A stretch of DNA of 64,000 nucleotides from assembly GCA_965202585.1 (NCBI GenBank), contig OZ241827.1:58032001-58096000 (forward strand), read 5' to 3'. A program made the translations under genes and the position numbers. Positions 1-10,103 of the stretch are shown here, one piece after another. How positions within the stretch are numbered: the first letter of the stretch is position 1; every line of letters starts with the position of its first letter. This stretch comes from Thalia democratica. Taxonomy: Eukaryota. The notes under the pieces are model-generated. The model was not told where the DNA came from. It ran no database searches and saw only the letters and a list, made by a program, of their open reading frames with translations.

Positions 1-90
1 ATTTTCTTCTTGTTGCTTTTAAGTTCAAACTGTAGCTCTTCTAATTCTGAGTTCAATTTGCTGTCTGCACTACACGCATCTTGTTTCCAT
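1..90 (-). CDS. Internal exon of an unidentified gene continuing beyond the left edge (coiled-coil-like: WKQDACSADSKLNSELEELQFELKSNKKK)
   Basis: Minus-strand acceptor aatttcactatcacag at 91-106, then one open frame running off the window; acidic/Leu heptad-like content. Confidence 0.55.
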
Positions 91-2788
91 CTGTGATAGT
101 GAAATTTAATAAAATAATTAAAAGTGTGTTGTAGTAAATAATAAACTGATAACTTACAGATATCGTTTTAGTATATTGACATAATAATCAAGTTCAGTTT
201 TTTTTACTAAAGATAGATTTACTGATTAAAACAATGTTTTTTTTTTGTTTTGAAACAAAAAATGCTCATTGTTTTTCACATAAGTAAATTTTAAGAGTGT
301 TTAAGACAATAGTTTAAGTTATTTTGTAACCATAATGTAAATTTTGTTGTTTTCAAATGACTGCCAGGGGGCGTTAGACGGTTGGTTCTCAAATCAACAC
401 AATAAAACTATAACAATGTTTGTTATTGCGCTCAGTTAGGCCATAAGACCATTGATTATAAGAACTTTTTTATTATTTTCTTTTTATAAGATCTTAATGT
501 TTATTTGCATTATTGTATTATATTGTGCTTACTTCGGCCATAAGATCGTGCAAGAAGCACATAACAATTTAAGACTCTGAGTAACTAGAAAGACCTATTT
601 TGGTATTTAAGATTGTGACATTCAAACACTTTAAGAACATTTATATTTGTAGAACTTTAAGTTTATTTGTTGTGTTTATTTTCGCGGTTTTATTCTGCTG
701 ATATATTGGCTGCTTTTTCACTTCTAATTTCATTTACATTAAAATCACATGTTCAATAAGCTCAGTTCATTAAAGAAATTATTTATATTAAGTTTGTTAC
801 ATACTTAAAAATTACAAAGTTAAACCTGATGAGTAAGGTAAATCTAGTAAAAGCCTTAAGAGCTAAACGCGGTTTAGCACAAAAAAGGGGACTTCCCGCA
901 ATTAAAGGTGGTTCCTACCACAGGCCCTCGAGGACTAAATTTTTTTTGTATACAACATAGAAATGCATTATGACAAACATAAAAGTAGTTATAGTTGTTT
1001 TTTATCTTATTTAAAAATTTAACTTTTAGTTTACTTTTCTGAACAAATTCAAATTTTTCTATGAAATATTTTGTTTTATGCGATATTTGTTTTTAGGGAA
1101 TAAAATTAATTTTTAGTAGTTTAGAGTTTTTCTGTCTTTTCTAATTATAGTTTTAAGACTATCTAGTTAACAAAAGTAAGTTCATTAGCGAAATACAAAT
1201 TTTCTTTTAAATCAACACCTTTTCAAAAAATATGGTTTAAGCAAGTAAAAAAATGTAAAATATTTGCTTTGATATTCCTTTAAATGTTACGTCATATTAT
1301 TCGACTTCCTATTTTTACTACTTAATTTACAGTTGTAAAGAGAAAAAAAACATTCATTCAATTTTTTTTCAATTGAATTTAGGGGATCTACTTTAATAAA
1401 GTTTTTTTAATTTTTATTACTTATAAAGTCTAAACAATCAAACCTAAAAGTTTTTAATTTTGTTTTCGTTTTTATAGGTTAGAGTTAACACGAAAAAAAG
1501 TATAACTTTGTTCATTTTTACATGTTAATTTCAGAACAATAGTTTAAAGATTTTAAGAATATTTTTATCTAAGATAGCTCTATTTAAGATTTTATTAAAA
1601 GTGTAGATGTATAATTTATTGTAATACTCAAAGAAGTTTAATACAAATTTGTATACATGTTAACATTAAATGTAATTTTAGAAATTAAAAACCAAGTTGT
1701 TGCTACGTTCAGTTTGAGTTTGTTTAAAGTTTATACAGAATAGAACATAACTGTGGTTTAGTAAGGTTTTATTTTCATTAAACTTAAAACTAGTTTTCTT
1801 CATATTATTTTAGGTTTTTTATTTTTCAGCTTTAAAGTATTATCTAATATAAAAAAATTATTAAATTCGCAACTACTCTGGTTATTTTTGTCTTATACTA
1901 ATTTGGTTTTATTTTTAAATAATTTTTGTAATTGTTTTATCAAGTACACCTTATAAGTTTTTAGGTAAAAAAATAGGTTTATTTTAGATTCAAATAAATA
2001 TTTATTTAAGCTTTTAACCAAATAGGTTATTTTAATATTAGTTATGTTTATGTCTTAACTACGTGGTCTCCAGTAACTTACTAACTGACAGCTTTAGTTA
2101 CAAGTAGCTACAATTATAAGTTACAAAACTATTTCTTAAGTTATGAATAAAACACACTTTGAAAAAATGCAATTTACTTTATTTTCAATAATAATTCTTA
2201 GTTCTGAAGAAACAAACTATTAAATCACGACACAAATAAAATCTATAAAAAGTATCAACAATCGTAAAGTTATATCAATACTAACATCAACTCCGCGATG
2301 TAGACGTTTTCTTGATTCTCGAAATTTGTGAATAAAACGTTGAACTTAATCGAAACTTGATCGTAACGCGGAATAACTAAGCAACTAACTAAGCAACTAA
2401 CGCGTATTTGAAAGACAAACGCAAATATATACGCATTGAAATGAAATTAACTCCTTAAAATAAAAAAATTGTTTGTTTTTAATAATGGAAGAACGTCACG
2501 AAAACTGCGTAAAACAGTTTACAACATCCGCTTTAAAATAAGAAAATGTATTATTAATATCATTACATTATTTCTTTTTTAATTTTCAATTTAGTGTTTA
2601 AAGCCTAGTTTTAAATAATTTAAATCCTTAAAATCTTGCTTAACTTTAAACTTTTTTTAAGTGTAAAAAGCGCGGATGAAAAAAAAAGTAAGAAAAAGAA
2701 ACTTAATAACTTATTATCTCAAATATTACATAATTTACAAAAACTAAGATAAAACACAACATAAGGACAAAGTAACAATGATAGTCAT

Positions 2789-2940
2789 TTAGTTGTCTTC
2801 TGGCTTATTGTCCTTAGGCTTGTTGTAATCGGGCTTCTTGTTCTGGGGCTTTTTGTCCTCAGGCTTGTTGTGCTCGGGCTTGTTGTCCTCGGGCTTGTTG
2901 TCTTCAGGTTGTTATCCTCGGGCTTCTTCCTCTCTGGTGG
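2789..2940 (-). pseudogene. 15-bp tandem repeat encoding (K)PEDN pentapeptides; decayed coding relic
   Basis: Nine units of AAGCCYGARGAYAAY ending in TAA (2791-2789); variation is mostly at third codon positions; 1-bp deletion at about 2908/2909 shifts the frame; upstream frame has stops. Confidence 0.6.
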
Positions 2941-3659
2941 TTAGTAGAGGCTTATGAAACATCAATTGGATCATTGACAACGTCTTGTTCTTTTAGGAAA
3001 CATTTGACTTTCTGTCTTCTAGCTGGTTTGTAGAATCAGCAAAACACCACATCGATTGGCTTTGGAAATAATGAGAGCAGGAACTTTTGATTGTGACGTC
3101 ATATAATAAACACAAAATCTTCATTCTTTCTTTTGTCTATTGTCGTACTTATAAACAAAAAAACGTTTAAAGTTTCATGCAGTAGCAATGTGTTAGGTGT
3201 CCTTAAAAGCTGTGGTTATCAAACGACAATCAATTATTTGCTTCAAACAACTTTAAAAAGATACAAACGCAACAATTTATTTAACAACCGACAACTGCTA
3301 AATTTAAGGGGAGTTCAGTTTTGATTTCTTTCAAACGGAAAATTTTAACACAACTTTATACTTGAACTTGAAACGAGTAATAAATTGTAAAAAATGACTT
3401 ATCTTTTTACGACTAAGAAAGATGAAAACTCATTCAAACATACTTTTAAACTTCAGCAACATTCTGATTTAAAACAAATACAATCTATACTTTAGAACAA
3501 TCAATCAGCAGATCAATCAATAAACTAGTAGTAGTAAACAAATAGGAAAATTTGTTTTATCAGCTAAAACTCAGACGTTATTGAGAATAACTATTCTGCT
3601 GTTGTAATTCTAAATTTTAATGCGGTTCTTACTTTACATTTCTATGCTTAGAAAAATAT

Positions 3660-3975
3660 AATAACTGCGCTCTCTTGGCAACTTATAAAATGCAATTTTG
3701 TACTAAAATACTGCGTCCCCTGACGACTTATGTGAATTGCAACATCTTCAAAAGAACATTGTGCGCTTGAGTAAAAAGACTGTGCTTTTTATAATCGAAA
3801 TACTGCGCCCCCATGCGACCTATGTTTGTTGCAACATATATTATGCACTTAACTAAAAATATTTATCTTTTTATGATCGAAATACTGCGCCCCATGCGAC
3901 TTATGTTAATTGCAACATATATTGTGCACTTAGAAGAAGAAATATTATGCTCGTTAGCAAATAAAATGTGCACCT
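3660..3975 (+). repeat. Degenerate tandem repeat, ~82-92 bp unit, about 3.5 copies
   Basis: Recurring aaatactgcgcccc(a)tgcgacttatgt..ttgcaacat at about 3706, 3798 and 3880, plus a partial copy at 3661. Confidence 0.85.
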
Positions 3976-5680
3976 AAGCACTAAAAAAGCATATATAAAA
4001 GTATAAGTAGAAATAACCGCAAAAATCATATAGTATTTTTAACAAAACATCCCGGACATCAAGCTTCTCTTTTAACAAAACTCAATAAACCACTACAACA
4101 CACTTGTATTATAATTGTAGACTTGCTGTTTCAAAGTAAAAAGTATTTCACACAATTTTTCTTACTATAATCATAGTAAAATGACGTAAAGTAAAGTATT
4201 ATCGCAAAATATACTGTCAAAATTTTAAACTCGTTAAAAAGTTGTTTAGTTATAAACTAAAGTTTTTTTTTTCCGCTGCGTTTATTAATTGATAAGGCAC
4301 CTGGTTCCTTATAGAAGATTCCTAAAATTTAGGCCACACATAATCTCCAATTATCCCGTTACAGGGATGTTATTAAGAGGGGTAATAGGGATTAGTAAAA
4401 TAGATTAGTATAACATTCAAAACAACACTTATATTTTACTTACATAAACTAAACAATACAAAGATACAATTACATCACTCTATACGAGAACTAAAGTTAA
4501 ACACACATGAAAACATTAGTTCTTAAATCTAACGTGTTTAAAATGCATTTTAACTTAAAGCACACTAATAACTGCCGAATGCTCTGCCAAAACTGCTACT
4601 GCAAGTAAATGCAAGTAAAATTCCGTTTTATAAGCACTGATACAAATGTAACTCCTAACAATAAAAAATGTTTGTTTTTTCAATACTGGAAAACGTCACG
4701 AAATCTGCGTAAAACAGTTTACAACATCCGCTTTAAAATAAGAAAACGAAATGTTAATATCATTACAAGCTAAATGTACGCTGGCAAGTATTATGTATCA
4801 AACAAAATATATTTGTCTACAAATACATAGTAATAATGACCTTTAGATTTTAGTTATGTATGACGTATTAATGTGATGTTTAGTTCACAAAACAAAATTG
4901 TTTGTTTTCCTAAAAAAATTAGATTTTAACAAGAAATTATTTTAAATAACTTTAAGTTAACACTATTATAAAAACTTTCTAAGTTATTTTGAACTTATTA
5001 AAATCTAAAGTAGTTAGTACATTGCATATTTTGTAATCTAAAAAGCTATTAAACTGCTTTGAAATACAAAAAATTAAAAGTTTTAGTTTAGGCTTTGAAA
5101 ATATTTTTTGTTGTAAAAAAAATAAAATTCTTATTAATAAGCAAAAAGCTTTAATGATAACTATTAAGCAAACATAGTTATACAACTTGTAACGTAAGTA
5201 ATTAAATTTAAAAAATTAAAATTAGATTACTTACTATGTATTTTACTATAAAGGATATAATGATTTAACTCAAAATTATGTTATATGATAATTCAAATAA
5301 CTATTAAAGTTTTTTTAACAAAATAGTTAATTTGTAAACTTTTAATTTATTTACAGTATAATAGTTTGTCATTCTTTAAGGTGATCATTAATAACTATTT
5401 TAGTAGTTATTTAGCAGTAAAAACAAAAAAAAAATTTTATATTTTTTAATTTAGTATATATTTATAAACAAAAACAAAAAAATCGTAAATAACTTGTACA
5501 AAGATTGTTTTTATTAATATAAGTATTTATTAGTATAAGTAAACATAATACCTTTAAAAAGATTGACATGTTTATATATATTTTTTTTTTCTAATCAATG
5601 TATTTAAAGTATGTTTAAAAGTAAACTTTATTTATTACCAAGTTATTGGATTACGTATTGCAGAAAACGTTTATAGTAAA

Positions 5681-5780
5681 ATGCAAAAATTTGGTAGCAT
5701 TTTCTTACTTATAATATTGGCTCATCTAACGACACAAACCAAACATGAATTCTATATCAAGCATCATAATGTGACATTAA
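5681..5780 (+). CDS. Candidate first coding exon (signal peptide) of the LDLa-7TM receptor gene
   Basis: ATG 5681: MQKFGSIFLLIILAHLTTQTKHEFYIKHHNVTL, then donor A|GTATTT in phase 1, matching the phase-1 acceptor at 6860. Confidence 0.55.
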
Positions 5781-6859
5781 GTATTTAAAATCGTTATTTT
5801 TTTTTAATCGACGGTTGTTTATTAGTTTCGCTAGTTAACATTTATTGTCGAAAATAATTTAACTTAACTTGTTAGTCTTCTTGTTAGTATTCATTTTTTA
5901 TTTAATTCATCTATTACACCAACGATTCTTAGCCTGGGGTAAATTTACCCTAGGTGAAAAATTGACTTGTTTTATAGGGTAAATTTTATTTACTATAAGT
6001 TATTTAAATTAATGTTTGTTATTTGTATTTTTAAGTTATGAAATTTTATTAATTGTAAATTTTTAAGTTTAGATCTTACGATTTTTTATGTTAAGTAAGC
6101 TAAAGTTCAAAAAATATAGCATTTTTCCTCAAATTATAACACTATTCTTTTTATTGGGGGTAAATTTGATAGTTGCCATCCAAAAGAGGTAAATTTGCTT
6201 TAAAACTTCCACGATCAGATAATATATGAAAAAGATTAAGAACCGCTGTTTTAAACAATTTACATATTTTTTTTTTCTTTGTGCTCAAAAAATATAAAAT
6301 ATCTTAATTAACAAAGACATGATATATTTATAATTACTTAACTTTTAATACCTAAATTGATAATTAATTTAAGTTTAAAAACTCTTAACACATTACAAGA
6401 ATTTTAATTTTTATTGACTCTTATTCAAACTAGTCAAATTTAATTATAACTGTTTTTTTTTTTAATCATTCTAGATAAGCGGTTTTTAACTTTTTTTTAA
6501 TGTTATACCCCTTTTTGGAAGGTAATAAACAAACTTACCCCCAATTTACAAAAAAGCGTTTAATTATGAAAAAAAAATATAGGCTTTTTTAACTTTAAAT
6601 TTTGTTTCAAAACGGTTTGTTGTAACTGTAATACATTACTTAATCTGTTTTAAAAAAATATTAAATTAGCAGTTTTTTCTAAATACTTAAAAAAATTCCA
6701 GCACCTCTATTAAAAACACCATGTGTCACCGTTGGTAAACATATGTTTAGAAAAAACACATTCACACGAGTAGTACTGAAAAACTTAAGCTTATAATAAT
6801 TTTGATTGTTTTCGGGGATTAAAGGTTAAAAAACGTACGAATAACTTGATTATTTTCAG

Positions 6860-7064
6860 AACCAGAAAACTACATTCCAATAAAAAGTTGTGCTGAAAAT
6901 GAAGTGGAGTGCAGCAATTCATACAATTACAACATATGTGTTAGAGAAGAGGTAAAAGACGTGGCTTGCGCGCAGTACAAAAAAGATCTCTGTTATGATG
7001 ATGCTATTTTTGTTCTTACAGTTAAGACGACAGATGATTACATATTTGACTCCTTTACTAATCA
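6860..7064 (+). CDS. Exon 2 of the LDLa-7TM receptor gene (degenerate LDLa-like Cys module)
   Basis: Acceptor ttttcag; PENYIPIKSCAENEVECSNSYNYNICVREE...; donor either GAG|GTAAAA (6951, phase 0) or CA|GTATGT (7064, phase 2). Confidence 0.55.
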
Positions 7065-8479
7065 GTATGTATTTGTTGTTATTATTTATAAATTCAAAAC
7101 TATCCTCTGTTGCAAAGTTTTGGTCATAAGTAGGTTTTTAAAAATATGATGTTATACAATAGTTTAAAGACAAAAGTCGAAATTAAATAGCCTTAAAAAC
7201 AAATTTTAAGCATTGAATTAATATTTCAATGCTTTAATATTTTTATAAACTAGCGTAAAATATATTAGCTAAGAAAGACATTGAAAGCATAATCTGCTTG
7301 TCCCGAGAGACTTAAAAAAAGGTAGAATTTTTACTCTAGCCTAATACTATATTATACTAGCGCGGCTTGAAACGGGAGTTTTGCAGTTTTATGAATGTTC
7401 TTGCGTAGAATACTTGAATTTTTGTCGTAGTTAAACGGCTTAGTTTTTTGTTTATAGCTAGTGCGTTTTGCATTTGCAAATTTATTCACTTTTATTTCCG
7501 GTTAACTATCATTGTTTGCAATAATAGTGACAATTAGCTACAATTAAAGCAAACGCTCTTTTGTTTTAGCAGACGCTTTTTAGATTCTTTGTGAACAAGA
7601 TTTCACTGATTTTTAAAATAGTGTATTTGTGACTTGGTAAGAAACAAGAACTAGAGAACTGTTTACCAGAACGTGTTTCGGTCTAGTTGTAAACGTCACT
7701 TAGATTGTAATTTAGCTAACATATGCGTTCAGCTTTCGGTGTTGTTGGCGACTGTTACTAAGCATTGCACTTATAATAAAGTCCACTGACTTCAGTAAAA
7801 CCACTAAGCAACGAAAACAAGTGTATCTCAATACACTTTTTAGCTTTCGTTGATCGCTTACAACTGTTTTTTCGAACACTACACTTCTTCAGTGGGTCAA
7901 TTGACCTCTGTAAGAACCGCCGAAAAACTAAAAAAAAAGTATATTGGTTTGTATGTATTTCCAGTTTTCGTTAGTTTTTTGACAACATTTTCTAAAGTAG
8001 AAACTTCTATTGTAGTTCAACCAAAGCAGACTTTTAGACTATTTATACGCTACAGGTCTTAGCTTGGCTCTGACTTAAGTAAGAATTGCGTAGAACTGTA
8101 AACAAACGCTAATACATTTAATAAAAGTTGCCCTGCAAGCAAACCGTTGAGCTCTGACTTGCACGTTTGTGAGTGTTATTTTTATTGCTTTATGGTCAAT
8201 TTATATAATAGATTTTAAGTGCTGAATCTATATTTTTAGTATTATCGGTAGAACGTAGTTAAGTAATTTTTTTATATTGATAGTATCAGTATGTAATGCA
8301 TTGGCAATGCATTCCTGATAAAAAGTAGTTTCTTGAATATTAACATGAAACTGAACGGCCAATAACTAATCAAAAAGTTTGAAAGTTGCAAGTCACTTGT
8401 AATTAATTTTAAAATGCGTTCTTCCTGATGTAAAATAATTAATGAAATTCTTTTTTTATACTTGCTGTAAATTCACTTC

Positions 8480-8690
8480 TTATTGGAACACAGGTTGTAG
8501 ACTTGGTTTTGAGTACTTAAAGCAGTTTACTTACAACTAATTTGAGTTTAATTTTGCTGCTTGTTTGAACACAGGTTGTGCATTTGGTTCTGAGTGGTCG
8601 AAGCAGTTCATTTATAACTGATTTGAATTTGCTGCTTGATGGAACACAAGTTTTGTACTTTACTTTGAGTAGTTGAGTTAGAACCCAGCA
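8480..8690 (+). repeat. Degenerate tandem repeat, ~76-81 bp unit, about 2.5 copies
   Basis: gaacacaggttgt...ttggtt(t/c)tgagt...aagcagtt...tttgctgcttg repeated from about 8485, 8567 and 8641. Confidence 0.8.
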
Positions 8691-9247
8691 GTTTGTTTCA
8701 GTTTAACGTAAAACAACATTTCTAACTTCTTTTATACAAATTTCAAATATTACATTGCTAAGTTATATATTTGACTAATTTGCCAATTTTCTAGAGTTGT
8801 ATTTATTTATATTGATTTTAAACCTGAATAAAATCAGTATTTAAAATTGCTGCTTGTCTTGATTTTTTTTATTATTTGAAGTTATCTTAGACTCAAAGCC
8901 ATATCTAACATAGACCCTAATTATAAAGCCCCTCCAGTCTAGATGTAGCTAAATTCCTTTTAGCAAAACCTTCATCGCAGTTCAGCATAGCAATTTATGT
9001 GACTACCACTCTGGGGCATTCCCCTCGTAGTTTTCAAGTAAATGGTATTTTGTTCTGTATTAAGTTTATAAAGTAAGGTGTACATTAAAGTCAATAAGGT
9101 TAAATTAAAAATTTACTTTCTAGGCTGTACTAAGATAATATATTCGGTTATATATTACAATCATGATAAACGAAGTTAAATAAGTAGTATATAGCTAATA
9201 TTAAAAGTTATATTAGACATTACATTAAATCATATCTTGACCACTAG

Positions 9248-9300
9248 ATAAACTTAAATATCTACTGCCAATCGGCTGAAAAGACGTCAGATAACAGTAG
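9248..9300 (+). CDS. Possible small exon of the LDLa-7TM gene (INLNIYCQSAEKTSDNS)
   Basis: ccactag acceptor and strong AG|GTATGC donor; phase 0 to phase 2 would bridge the 6951 donor to the 10118 acceptor. Speculative. Confidence 0.3.
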
Positions 9301-10103
9301 GTATGCTCGTAAAAGTACTTACCAACACAATGTGTTATCAGACGATAATGTAATAGCAGAAGATTTTAACATTTTATAAAATTCTTAAAAACTAGTAAAG
9401 TTGCTTTTGGGTTTTCAAAGCTCATTTTCATAATTGCCTCCTTGACATAAAAAAAAAAAAAAGGTTTATTAGATATCGCCTATTTACTGAGTTGCTTGCT
9501 TCATATTTATTTCCACCGAATGACAAAAAGCCCCAAAAATGGATAATAACTATTACTTTGGTTGACCCAGTAACAAATGACTGCATACAACTTTCTTTTT
9601 GTTTATTTGGACATAAAGTGCAACCATTGCTTTTTTACAGTTGCTTTACTTGTCTTAAAAGAAATACCAGTGAAGAACGTCCTTTGTTTGGATTTAACTT
9701 CAGTAAAAATGAAAACAGAAAAACATTAAATAACAGAATTGTAGATAGCTTTAAAACCGTAAGTTTAAAAAACATATATGTATAATAGACTAAAAAATTC
9801 ATTAGCTAGATAATAGTAGAGTGCTCAAATAAACGTGAGCGATTATAAAATGATAATACATTGAGAACAAACGTTTATCTGTACTACTGAGGTTTAACTG
9901 CTAAACAGCTCCTTAGGTACATTTTTTTAATTAACAGTCAAACCTCGATAGTACAAATAAACGTTTGTTCTAACCGTATTATCACTTTTAAAAAGTGATA
10001 TGAATTCTTAACGGTTGAGTGACTCTTTTATTGTGTTTTAAAGTTTTTAAAACTAAATTTGTTGTTCTTTTTTGAATTTTTTCCAATTTAAGTTAATTAA
10101 TAG

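Larger units (their letters stand above)
2449..4767 (+). repeat. Pair of ~120-bp direct repeats (2449-2567 and 4650-4767)
   Basis: Shared core aacgtcacgaaa(a/t)ctgcgtaaaacagtttacaacatccgctttaaaataagaaaa with matching flanks. Confidence 0.85.

Noticed and set aside
862-878. Hairpin GCTAAAC-GCG-GTTTAGC (possible Helitron 3' end)
   Set aside because: No CTRR terminus at the expected distance and no second copy.
2285-2400. Possible upstream exon for the 1-90 exon (phase-2 donor AT|GTTAGT near 2286) and an 11-bp tandem at 2375-2401
   Set aside because: Phase fits, but no ATG or clear acceptor was found and other exons could intervene; too weak to call.
3660-3975. CRISPR-like repeat-spacer appearance of the tandem arrays (also 8480-8690)
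   Set aside because: Eukaryotic context, inter-repeat sequences are homologous to each other, and there are no cas genes.
5930-6550. GGGTAAATTTACCC palindrome and scattered GGTAAATTT motifs
   Set aside because: No paired TIR or TSD could be defined; short AT-rich palindromes arise easily.
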